Origin: a virus
Length of the DNA: 64,000 nucleotides
IMG/VR virus record: IMGVR_UViG_3300020451_002162
Span: 1-64,000 of that record
Strand: one strand, 5' to 3'
The notes below the pieces were generated by a model that saw nothing but the letters and a program-made list of their open reading frames with translations, had not been told where the DNA came from and made no database searches. The translations under genes and the position numbers were made by a program. Shown here in pieces: positions 1-8,762 of this stretch (within the stretch, counting starts at the first letter, position 1; every line of letters starts with the position of its first letter).

Positions 1-128
1 AGCACTTCTTGGAACCTCAGAGGCCATAGATAATTAAATAAAACTAGTAAGTTTTCTCCGTCTAATTCTAATTTATCTATAGATTCTTGTGTGAGTTCTA
101 TGTTATTTGCTATTATGTAGTATTTCAT
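1..128 (-). CDS. hypothetical protein, partial (runs off window start)
   Basis: ATG at 128-126 overlaps the upstream stop (ATGA); frame MKYYIIANNIELTQESIDKLEL... is open to position 1; not in the ORF track. Confidence 0.6.
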   Translation of the reverse strand, partial: MKYYIIANNIELTQESIDKLELDGENLLVLFNYLWPLRFQEV

Positions 129-526
129 ATTGCTTTATTTTTCTTTATGATATCTGTAGTAGAATATCCAGGAATTTTAGGGAATAGCATAACATTTTTT
201 ACACATTCTGATCCTACAATTTGCTTATCTTTATAGTCATCTCCAACCACTATAGTTTGGACACTCAAAGACTTGATAAGCATTTTTAGTTCTGAGTCAG
301 AATCAAAAACAAAAACTTCATCTATCTCATTAATTTCTAAAAGCTTTTTATATCTATATGTTTGACCGTTAATAGGTCGATCAAAACCTTTTCTTTGTTT
401 TATTCTTGTATCTGCGTCTATACCTACTATAAGTTTATCTCCCAATGATTTAGCATATCTAAACAACTCTATGTGTCCTTGGTGAATAATATCAAAACAG
501 CCATTAGTCCATATTATTTTTTTCAT
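125..526 (-). CDS. heptose-1-phosphate nucleotidyltransferase (HldE/RfaE domain II, cytidylyltransferase-like)
   Basis: TNGCFDIIHQGH (HIGH-like), LIVGIDAD, RPIN, VGDDY and GYSTT motifs. Confidence 0.9.
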   Translation of the reverse strand: MKKIIWTNGCFDIIHQGHIELFRYAKSLGDKLIVGIDADTRIKQRKGFDRPINGQTYRYKKLLEINEIDEVFVFDSDSELKMLIKSLSVQTIVVGDDYKDKQIVGSECVKNVMLFPKIPGYSTTDIIKKNKAI

Positions 527-1256
527 AAACACAAGTTCCCTTTTTTCTTATTACTTGGTTGCAGCATTTTTGAGCATATTCTATTGCTTCTGTAATAGGA
601 TTGCCGCAATCAATAGCGTAAGTAAAAGCTGTCGTGAAAACATCTCCTGCGCCAGAAACGTCAAAAGTCTGCAATACCTTAGGAGGAAGAAATTCTTGTT
701 CATTATATAAAACACCTTTGCTTCCTCTTGTTATAATTATTTTTTTAATGGTTTCTTTATCTACTATATCTGCATTATTGGAGAATTCTTGTTCATTCAG
801 TTTAATAAAGTTATAGCCTTCGATTATTTTTTTAGTTAATTTGCGTTTAGTATCTAAAACAGTTAGAGGCGCTGCTCTGCCTAACTTTTCTACATCTATA
901 TCCCAAAGAAAGCCTTTGCAGTAATCAGAAACTATAATACAAGAAAAGTCTAATTTAATCTCTGTGTTAACTCTATCTACAGAATCGTTAATATCACATC
1001 TCAATAGCAATTGATTTGTTTTGCTGTCTACATATCTAATTTTCCTAATTGTGCCAGGATTATTAGATATAAAATCTATCTTATTTTCCCAAAATATTTT
1101 AGCGTTTGCATGAGTGTTACCAGCCATTCCTAAACACTCTTTAAAACTTTCTACTTTTATTATTGGTACCGGGCCTTCTGGACATATTCTTTCACAAACA
1201 CCATAAATATATTTATCAATGCAAGAGTCTCCTATAACGGCATATCTTTTACTCAT
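504..1256 (-). CDS. heptose-7-phosphate kinase (HldE/RfaE domain I, PfkB family)
   Basis: VIGDSCIDKYIYG..RICPEGPVP, GMAGN, VSDYCKG, IKLNEQE, DVSGAGDVF; start moved to MSKRY. Confidence 0.9.
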   Translation of the reverse strand: MSKRYAVIGDSCIDKYIYGVCERICPEGPVPIIKVESFKECLGMAGNTHANAKIFWENKIDFISNNPGTIRKIRYVDSKTNQLLLRCDINDSVDRVNTEIKLDFSCIIVSDYCKGFLWDIDVEKLGRAAPLTVLDTKRKLTKKIIEGYNFIKLNEQEFSNNADIVDKETIKKIIITRGSKGVLYNEQEFLPPKVLQTFDVSGAGDVFTTAFTYAIDCGNPITEAIEYAQKCCNQVIRKKGTCVYEKNNMD

Positions 1257-1545
1257 CAAAAAACTCCTCAGGATGTATAGTTTTATCATCTATAAAAATA
1301 TCATAAGAAGGTTTTCCGAATATAATCTTATGTCTTTTACACCCCCATTTGTCCAGCTGTTGGGTGGTGAGTGTCTCGTAATTTTTACCAGAAGCAGAAC
1401 CTCTAGCAGTCCAATATGTTATTGTATTTCCGGCTTCAAAAAGATTATTTATGTGTTGTATTCTTGTCTTAATAGGTTTACTGTTTATGTAATCCCCATT
1501 AATTGTAATACAGATAGTGTTGTCTATATCTACGTAGTAATTCAT
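1249..1545 (-). CDS. small HAD-family phosphatase (capsule biosynthesis phosphatase-like)
   Basis: VDIDNTI (DxD), YWTAR, GKP..DIFIDDK. Confidence 0.8.
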   Translation of the reverse strand: MNYYVDIDNTICITINGDYINSKPIKTRIQHINNLFEAGNTITYWTARGSASGKNYETLTTQQLDKWGCKRHKIIFGKPSYDIFIDDKTIHPEEFFDE

Positions 1546-1904
1546 TTGCTGTTTATAATCCTATATGAGTCGTCATCGTCATGATGAGTAGAAATTTCTA
1601 TAAAGTCACATGGATAATCTAGATTACTACTAAATCTATGAGCCACCCCAGCCTCTATTGTAAAAGACTGACCTTTCTTTAATATAATAGTATCAAAAAG
1701 TTCTGATTGCCAAAATTCTAATTCTAAGTTTTTAGAGTGTTGCAGTAAAAGTTCTCCATAAATAACATAAAATGTTTCTTTCTTATTTTTGTGATAATGA
1801 ACAGAACACCACTTATTACTTAAAACGTGTAAATGCTTTCCGCAATAGAGGTCGTTGTTCTCTATCCATAACTCGTAACCCCATTTTTTTAAAACTGTAC
1901 CCAT
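1542..1904 (-). CDS. cupin-domain protein (sugar isomerase-like)
   Basis: KKWGYE, CSVHYHKNKKETFYV, HRF, EIS cupin motifs. Confidence 0.8.
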   Translation of the reverse strand: MGTVLKKWGYELWIENNDLYCGKHLHVLSNKWCSVHYHKNKKETFYVIYGELLLQHSKNLELEFWQSELFDTIILKKGQSFTIEAGVAHRFSSNLDYPCDFIEISTHHDDDDSYRIINSK

Positions 1905-1910
1905 AATACT

Positions 1911-3488
1911 TTATTCGCTTGTTATATAGGCTGTAATATGTTTACTATCTTTATTCAATCCCCAATAATCAAAACTATGCTTAAAGCCATGGGGATTATT
2001 ACATTTTATCTGTAATATATATTTATTTCTTAGGTAAACTGAAGCACCAACAGTAGATAACCAAGAATCTATACCTAGATACCCCAAAGAACTATTACAT
2101 ATTTCTAAAGATTCTACAACCGAGGTTTTATTTATTAAATTAAGTAGTAGTGGATGTTTAGGAACATCTCCGTAATGAGAACCTAATACAACACCATTTA
2201 GCTTTCTGCCCTCTAAAATACCAATAGTATTTCTCCAGTCTATTTCTGTAAAATTTCTTTGACGCCTATCATCATAAGAATATGGACATATCGCAATATG
2301 CTTCTTTAAAACTCCAGTATTAATATTATGAGGGTAGTTAAATTCTTGTTTTTCTTTAAACAGAAAAGTGTCTGTGTTGTATGTTTTTTTTATAAATAGT
2401 TTTTTTATTGAGCAATCTATAGCTGGATTAATGATCTGTTTTGTTCTTCTAGTGAAATCTTCTAATGAATAATACGCTTTGGAAGAAAACCTGGGGTCTT
2501 TATAGTCTTCTGATTCATTCCACAGTGTTTTAATATTATAAAATATATAATCATTGCTATAACGAATTAACTCAGCAATTTCTTTGTGTCTACTACATGC
2601 TAAGTATATTGTATTTAAATTGTTCTTAATAGAAATATCTAAAGAGCAGTCAACTACTCTTAAAAAATCTCCTATACCCCCGGTTATGAAAATATTATAT
2701 TTTTTTTGTGTAGAAATTTTTGTTGGTCGAACTGTAATCTCAGGTTTACTAATGTCTATAAAATCTTGATCGTCGTAAACAGAGCTAGTATATTCCCCGC
2801 AAATTTTATTAGGCGTTATTGTTTTTAAGAAAGGATTAGCCATCTGCCATTTTTTAGGAAATATAGCTATGTTGTTTTTATGTAGAAGTTCACACAAAGG
2901 TACGGTATAACCAACTTGTGCAATTACTAAATCAGAAATAAAAACTAAATCAAATAAGTCTGAAACAGAAGTCTGTCCCATTAAATCCATGTCACATCTT
3001 ATATCATGATAGTTACTTGTTCCAATCCCTACAAAATAATATTCTTTTTTAAATTCAGATATAAATTTGTTAATTATAGTTGGATCGCAATCAAGATTAT
3101 CTATTCCCTTTCTATTATGTCTAGGCTCTATATATCTAATAAGACATATTTTTTTATTATTCTTCTTATGTTCCAGTATCTTTTTAACAAGATTATGATT
3201 TTTTATTTTATGTTCTTTATAAAAATTAATATTATAAGCACAAGATGAGGTTATATCTTCTATGATTGTAGTTTCTGAGTTAGTCTTATCGGGTAAATAA
3301 CTAAATATTTGTGTCTCATCATCTGTTTTTTTTGAGAAAGGCAGCACCACGCATTTTAAACCCAAAAAAACTTCTGGATAATTACTGTAAACCGCTATAG
3401 GTTCTGTAACATTGTCTAAATAGGATTTTACAATTGGATATAAATATATAGAATCTCCTAATCCGCTTTCTCCTCTTATATAAAACAT
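1911..3488 (-). CDS. GT9-like (heptosyltransferase-like) protein with two tandem modules
   Basis: Module 1: GLGDSI..DLMGQTSVSDL. Module 2: GGIGDFL..NLINKTSVVES..YLGIDS. Confidence 0.65.
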   Translation of the reverse strand: MFYIRGESGLGDSIYLYPIVKSYLDNVTEPIAVYSNYPEVFLGLKCVVLPFSKKTDDETQIFSYLPDKTNSETTIIEDITSSCAYNINFYKEHKIKNHNLVKKILEHKKNNKKICLIRYIEPRHNRKGIDNLDCDPTIINKFISEFKKEYYFVGIGTSNYHDIRCDMDLMGQTSVSDLFDLVFISDLVIAQVGYTVPLCELLHKNNIAIFPKKWQMANPFLKTITPNKICGEYTSSVYDDQDFIDISKPEITVRPTKISTQKKYNIFITGGIGDFLRVVDCSLDISIKNNLNTIYLACSRHKEIAELIRYSNDYIFYNIKTLWNESEDYKDPRFSSKAYYSLEDFTRRTKQIINPAIDCSIKKLFIKKTYNTDTFLFKEKQEFNYPHNINTGVLKKHIAICPYSYDDRRQRNFTEIDWRNTIGILEGRKLNGVVLGSHYGDVPKHPLLLNLINKTSVVESLEICNSSLGYLGIDSWLSTVGASVYLRNKYILQIKCNNPHGFKHSFDYWGLNKDSKHITAYITSE

Positions 3489-3497
3489 ACAGATATA

Positions 3498-4151
3498 TTA
3501 ATCTCCATCTTTACGAAAAACAAAAGATGTGATACTTTCTCTTCCGCATACAGATTCTTGATCAGAAACTTCTATAATCGTATACTTCATTTGATCAAAA
3601 AAATTAATTAAACCGATACTAGTATAATAGTAATAATGCTCGTTCGGCCTGTAATGCTTGCTTTGTTTAACCTTAAGTATATTATCAAATATAGGAATAG
3701 ATACTATTACAATTTTAGTTTTAGGTATCTTATTGAGCAGTATGTCTGGATTCTTAATATGTTCTAAAACATCCCACATAGTAAAACCATCAATACCCTC
3801 CAAGTTGTCTAGATAAGGATCAACATATATATTTTTTTGTTTTAATATTTTAATAGCATATGGATTTATATCATAACCAAAGGCTTTGTTTTTATATTTT
3901 TTAATAAATTCACCAGAACCTATCCCTACATCTAGTACTGAATTACAATATTTACTAGTTATGGATGTTCTGAAATTATTTAACCTTTTTGATATATCGG
4001 TGTCTTCGTAACTAGTGTATTTACTAAAATAGTCTTGACCATAATCAACAGACGCAGACATATCTCTCTGATAAGCAACTGTAAGATCATTAAGTATATT
4101 TAAAGACCCAAATTCAAAGCTTGGTTTTATTCTAATAATAGAATCACTCAT
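3498..4151 (-). CDS. class I SAM-dependent methyltransferase
   Basis: VLDVGIGSG, GYDINP, WDVLEHI; start moved to MSDSII. Confidence 0.85.
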   Translation of the reverse strand: MSDSIIRIKPSFEFGSLNILNDLTVAYQRDMSASVDYGQDYFSKYTSYEDTDISKRLNNFRTSITSKYCNSVLDVGIGSGEFIKKYKNKAFGYDINPYAIKILKQKNIYVDPYLDNLEGIDGFTMWDVLEHIKNPDILLNKIPKTKIVIVSIPIFDNILKVKQSKHYRPNEHYYYYTSIGLINFFDQMKYTIIEVSDQESVCGRESITSFVFRKDGD

Positions 4152-4491
4152 ATTCTCTACCTCTATCAATTCTAATAATATCATTATTATCTAACTCTAC
4201 AAAATATATTTCAAAAGCTATAGTATCCTCCAACGCAGAAAATCTGTGTTGTAGTCCGGGAGGTACTGAAGTGCTTTGTCCTTCAGTTATAATAGTTTCA
4301 TCAACTAAGTCGCAATCCTTTTGCCAAACTTCTATTTTAAGCTTTCCTTTTTCTACATAAAACATATTATGCTTATGTAGGTGATAGTGTTTAGAGCACA
4401 TATATCCCTTATTAGCATCTATACGATGTATAGAAACATTATTTTTATCAAAGATAGACTCTGTATTTCCCCAGATTTTTCCATGTATCAT
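4144..4491 (-). CDS. cupin-domain protein, paralog of 1542-1904
   Basis: KIWG, CSKHYH, FYVEKG, PPGLQHRF. Confidence 0.8.
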   Translation of the reverse strand: MIHGKIWGNTESIFDKNNVSIHRIDANKGYMCSKHYHLHKHNMFYVEKGKLKIEVWQKDCDLVDETIITEGQSTSVPPGLQHRFSALEDTIAFEIYFVELDNNDIIRIDRGREYE

Positions 4492-4503
4492 ATTTATAGC
4501 CTT

Positions 4504-4527
4504 TAGTGTATAGTAATTATACTACTA
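4504..4527 (+). promoter_or_regulatory. variant (AGTGTAT) of the recurring GGTGTAT motif, within an imperfect inverted repeat
   Basis: tagtgtata-gtaat-tatactacta; motif starts 50 nt before the subtilisin ATG. Confidence 0.4.
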
Positions 4528-4554
4528 TTATTATGACCAAAGGAGTATAAACCA

Positions 4555-5478
4555 ATGTTTTTTAGTCGCAAAGATTCGTTTCTTTTTCCATATGTAAAAG
4601 AAGATATATACTCAAATTTTGCAGACCGTCAAGAGATTCCTTGGTCAATAGCACAATATAATATACCCCGTTTATGGGGCAAATATACTGGTAGAAATGT
4701 AGTAGTTGCCGTTATTGATAGCGGATGCGAACTAGATCATCCTGATTTAAGAGGAAACTATATAGAAGGATACAATACTATAGATAAAAACAAAGACCCA
4801 CTTGACGAAAATGGTCATGGAACCCATGTCGCTGGGACAGTAGCGGCTGTAAATAATAGTCAGGGCGTTGTAGGGGTCGCGCCTGATGCAAAAATCATGC
4901 CTATAAAAGTATTTGATCGTAGTGGATCAGGATCAACTGCTAATGTAGCGCGTGCTGTAGAATGGGCCGGTAAAAATGGCGCAGATATTATCTGTATGTC
5001 TTTAGGTTCTAAACATGGTAGTAGACATTTAGAAAAAGCAATTATGGGAGCTTTGAATAGAGGTGCTGTTTGTTTTTGTGCAGCAGGAAACTCTGGTGAA
5101 AAATCAGACATTCTTTATCCCGCTAAATTTGAATTGACAGTTAGCACAGGAGCCATAGATATAAATCAAAAAAGAACGCTATTTAGCTGTAGTGGCGAAG
5201 AGCTGGATTTTCTAGCGCCGGGAGCAGATATATTAAGTACAATGACAAGCGGTGGTTATGCTGTTATGAGTGGTACTAGTATGGCAAATCCATATGTAGT
5301 TGGCTGTGCTGCTTTGCTGTGTGAATGGGCAAAGAAACATAAAATTAAATTAGCAACGGCAAATGACTATATTGCTCATTTAAAGAAGTATACTACCTCT
5401 TTAAAAAATATAAAATATAGAAATGACAAATCTTATGAAGGTCACGGCATTTTAGATCCGAGAAAATTCAATTTTTAG
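4555..5478 (+). CDS. S8 subtilisin-family serine peptidase
   Basis: Catalytic triad motifs VIDSG, GHGTHVAG and GTSMA; oxyanion AAGN; no signal peptide; AGGAG RBS. Confidence 0.95.
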   Translation: MFFSRKDSFLFPYVKEDIYSNFADRQEIPWSIAQYNIPRLWGKYTGRNVVVAVIDSGCELDHPDLRGNYIEGYNTIDKNKDPLDENGHGTHVAGTVAAVNNSQGVVGVAPDAKIMPIKVFDRSGSGSTANVARAVEWAGKNGADIICMSLGSKHGSRHLEKAIMGALNRGAVCFCAAGNSGEKSDILYPAKFELTVSTGAIDINQKRTLFSCSGEELDFLAPGADILSTMTSGGYAVMSGTSMANPYVVGCAALLCEWAKKHKIKLATANDYIAHLKKYTTSLKNIKYRNDKSYEGHGILDPRKFNF

Positions 5479-5782
5479 TCTTGTCTTTATCTCTATAATA
5501 AGAAAATAATTCTGTTTCTGTAGGATCAATGCCTAGCCACATTAATACTTGTATAGCTTGACTTCGCTCTTTTTGTATTTGTCTATACTCACTACCATTA
5601 GTATCATAAGTACTAGTATAGATAGGGTACGGCTGATACTGTACGCGATTATAAGTAGTCAGACGACCTCCGTTGTTAGCGAAGTTCATAAATCTACTCA
5701 TACTTTCGCCAACCATTTGCTGTGCAGAAACAGTAGTACAAAAAAAGGATAAGGTAATCGTTAATAAAATTTTTCTAAACAT
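5468..5782 (-). CDS. hypothetical protein with predicted signal peptide
   Basis: MFRKILLTITLSFFCTTVSA-QQ signal-like N-terminus. Confidence 0.6.
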   Translation of the reverse strand: MFRKILLTITLSFFCTTVSAQQMVGESMSRFMNFANNGGRLTTYNRVQYQPYPIYTSTYDTNGSEYRQIQKERSQAIQVLMWLGIDPTETELFSYYRDKDKTKN

Positions 5783-5815
5783 AACCAATCTTTCTGTTAA
5801 AGTATACAACTATAT

Positions 5816-5844
5816 ATAGTAGTTTGACATGATATGTTGCACAA
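5816..5844 (-). promoter_or_regulatory. putative sigma70 promoter for 5468-5782
   Basis: TTGTGC-17 nt-TACTAT on the minus strand. Confidence 0.35.
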
Positions 5845-5849
5845 GGTGA

Positions 5850-6800
5850 CTATGCTTGAAATTCATTCTTAAAAAGCTTGTAAAAACATTCTGTCTTTTC
5901 ATCTATGTCGTAGTAACAAGGATCTCCTTTTATGTCATGCCACCACTGGTAAAAATAAAACTTATTATATAAATTTAGATTTTTTAAAGCAACACATGAA
6001 AGCAATTCTTCCTCTAGTGTTATAACATTATTATCTAAACATAGTCTCAATCCTTCGTCAAAATCTTTTTGTACATCACAGATTATATCAGCGGAACCTC
6101 CAAATAAACCTCCTACTATATAGTCTATATCTCTATATCCAGGAGCTATTAACTGTTTTATTTGTGTCCTTATCGGCATCTCTTGTTTTATTATAGTTAA
6201 AAAATTATCTTTATATTTTGAAAAGTAATTACCCATACTTGGATTGAATATGCTGGATTTATTTTCTGGGTAATAAAGTTCTGGTTTTGTTTCTTGTTTA
6301 CTAAATTTTTCTCTTCCTCCAAATGTTTCTGGAAAAATACCATGATGAAATAATCCTGCATCTATCCAGAAAAAGTTGTTAGAATTATATGGATTACTGT
6401 TTGCTATATCTTTTAACCAGTATATTTTTGATAAACATAAGGTGTGATTTCTATCATTATTAGTATAAGCAACACCACTTTTTAATTGATCATTAACAAA
6501 CAGCCCAGATTTTCTTTTAATGTCTAATATTTTAGAATTATATTTAAAGTCAACTAAATCCTGCATAATTATTTGGTAGTCATCAGGAGAGCGATGCTTC
6601 TCCACAAATTTTCTTAAAGGCTCTTCCATTTTACTGTGAGTATATATAACAATAGGAAGATCTAGCTTTAATATATTTAAAAACGGAGGAGAATAGAAAT
6701 CGAATGACCATCCTCTACCTCCTATAATTTCATTGTATTTATGATAATATAGAGCTGTTACTAATGTGGCTTTGTTATCTGTTGTTTTTGCAGTATCCAT
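5850..6800 (-). CDS. HtrL/YibB (WlaTC)-like glycosyltransferase-associated protein
   Basis: TLVTALY, LSKI, NPYNSNNFFWIDAG, IVGGLFGG, EEELL. Confidence 0.75.
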   Translation of the reverse strand: MDTAKTTDNKATLVTALYYHKYNEIIGGRGWSFDFYSPPFLNILKLDLPIVIYTHSKMEEPLRKFVEKHRSPDDYQIIMQDLVDFKYNSKILDIKRKSGLFVNDQLKSGVAYTNNDRNHTLCLSKIYWLKDIANSNPYNSNNFFWIDAGLFHHGIFPETFGGREKFSKQETKPELYYPENKSSIFNPSMGNYFSKYKDNFLTIIKQEMPIRTQIKQLIAPGYRDIDYIVGGLFGGSADIICDVQKDFDEGLRLCLDNNVITLEEELLSCVALKNLNLYNKFYFYQWWHDIKGDPCYYDIDEKTECFYKLFKNEFQA

Positions 6801-7491
6801 AGTTCATTAATTTAGGAGATAGGTTTTTATTAGCATAAAGTCGCCAGTTATAAGCCATTAAATAATGATTGTTTATAACTTGTCCATGATTTACTGTGGA
6901 TTTATCAGCTATTTGCGTAACAATAGGGAGGTTACCACAAAAACAATTAAAGTTAGGATATATATAATCACTAAAAAATCTATCTATTGGATGCATCCAT
7001 CCATCATTATTCCATTTATCGAATACCAGTGGCCATTTTAAAATTTCAGCAAGAATAGACTTTTTGTATATCATTGCGCTAGTACCATATATTCCAGTAT
7101 GCTTTTCTAGTTTGGGTGGCAAATTTTTTAAATCAATTAAACAATCATCTCTGTCCATGTCTAATGGTCTATGTAAACTAGGAGCTAGATGAAACATATC
7201 CCATTCTACATTATCTAAAGCTTTTAAGCAATCATTCATGTGCTGTTTAGCGTGAGGCATGAAAAATATGTCGTCTTCACAGACCATCAAATAGTCAAGA
7301 TTTTTTTCAATACCCAGTAAAGCTACTGCCATGTGACTTTTAGCACAACCAATATAACTACCGGTATTAATACCAGGAAATCTTATATAGTCCCATTGTA
7401 TGTATTCAAATTCTTTTACTATATGCTGCCATCTATCGGGTCTATTGTCTAGATTTATAATAAATTTATTAATATCGTGAATATCGGGCAT
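6775..7491 (-). CDS. GT25 family glycosyltransferase
   Basis: IINLDNRPDR, GCAKSH, VCEDD. Confidence 0.85.
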   Translation of the reverse strand: MPDIHDINKFIINLDNRPDRWQHIVKEFEYIQWDYIRFPGINTGSYIGCAKSHMAVALLGIEKNLDYLMVCEDDIFFMPHAKQHMNDCLKALDNVEWDMFHLAPSLHRPLDMDRDDCLIDLKNLPPKLEKHTGIYGTSAMIYKKSILAEILKWPLVFDKWNNDGWMHPIDRFFSDYIYPNFNCFCGNLPIVTQIADKSTVNHGQVINNHYLMAYNWRLYANKNLSPKLMNYGYCKNNR

Positions 7492-8762
7492 TACAGCAAT
7501 CCTGTTATCGGTTTAGACCAGCCTTGAGATTCACTATGAGGCCATACTATCCAGCTATTTGGTTTAATCTCTGTCTGAAACTCTCTCCACACTTTACAGT
7601 AACCGTCTGGATCAGTTTTAAGTCTGTGTATTTCGTCTTTATTTGCATCTTGTCTATGAATATCATTACCCTGATCATCTTTAAAAGCCACACACCAAAA
7701 ATCATAATCCTGCAAAGGGACTTGTTCAAAAGATATGTCAATACAATGCCTAAAGATGGAAAGTAAATTACTATAAAATTCTTCATCTGATACTTCGTTA
7801 CTTATGTTAGGAGCTATCTTGTCTTTAGTTTGAGGACTTATGGCTCTTTTACTGAAACACAATCCTGCGTACTTTTCATATTCAAACAAAGTCCTCTCTG
7901 TGCCGAAACCATATTTTCCAAAATCTTCGTCTTGTTTTTCTCCATCCATGCCAAAAAGTTTTCTATTTCTTAGGTGAGATCTATCATTTGTTATATGCCA
8001 GTTATTGTGATCATCCCAGTGTTTAGTTCTTCCTTTTCTAGTATATTCATGCCAACATATGACTTCATTAGGATGGAATAAATCATAACCATGAGTAAAA
8101 GCTCTAGCTGCTATACTAATTTCTTCTCCGTGAAAATACATATAAGGATCATGTCTAACTTCAGTAGCAAATGAACCTAAAGAAAAAGCAAAATGAGCAC
8201 TGTAAAATCTAGCAGGTAAAGGCTTGCTTGAATCATCATGAGCATCAAAATTAGCTGGCAAGAAAAATACAGCACCTTCAGGTATAAACCTATCAAAATT
8301 CATTTTCCAAGGTAATTGTATTCTGGACTCTGGATCATTATCGGGATCAAAACTAGGTATATAGGCAGTAATTAAAGGTTTTTTATAACCGCTATCCTGC
8401 AATCCTTTAATCATATCCTTGAGTTTAGTATCCCAACCCTTCACAAACCTATGATGACTATCTAATTGTAAAGTATAATCTTCATTATCGTATAAAGACT
8501 GAACAGCATTCCTTGCCCAGCAAACCCCTTTTGCTTCTTTATAATTAATGTCTATTATTCTTACTCTTTTATCATCTTTATATTTATCTAGATTATCCCA
8601 TTCGTCTTGCTCGCTGTGCTGCCAAGCTATACCCACATAAATACTATCGGGATTATCTGCATTAGAAAACATATCATCTAATGTAAGTAATAATTGAGGA
8701 TCTCTATAAGACGCTATCTGTACAAATATTGTCTTAGTTTTCTTTTCTCTCTGACTTGTCAT
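7491..8762 (-). CDS. GT60-like GlcNAc transferase (Skp1-Hyp/polypeptide GlcNAc-T family)
   Basis: IFVQIASYRDP, AKGVCWAR, LQLDSHHRF..GWD, FHGEE..AARAFTHGYD, WHEY, YGFGTERT. Confidence 0.8.
   Translation of the reverse strand: MTSQREKKTKTIFVQIASYRDPQLLLTLDDMFSNADNPDSIYVGIAWQHSEQDEWDNLDKYKDDKRVRIIDINYKEAKGVCWARNAVQSLYDNEDYTLQLDSHHRFVKGWDTKLKDMIKGLQDSGYKKPLITAYIPSFDPDNDPESRIQLPWKMNFDRFIPEGAVFFLPANFDAHDDSSKPLPARFYSAHFAFSLGSFATEVRHDPYMYFHGEEISIAARAFTHGYDLFHPNEVICWHEYTRKGRTKHWDDHNNWHITNDRSHLRNRKLFGMDGEKQDEDFGKYGFGTERTLFEYEKYAGLCFSKRAISPQTKDKIAPNISNEVSDEEFYSNLLSIFRHCIDISFEQVPLQDYDFWCVAFKDDQGNDIHRQDANKDEIHRLKTDPDGYCKVWREFQTEIKPNSWIVWPHSESQGWSKPITGLL

Noticed and set aside
5807-5822. NrdR-box-like palindrome CAACTATATATAGTAG
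   Set aside because: Single copy, not near nrdJ, and TA-repeat palindromes arise easily in AT-rich DNA
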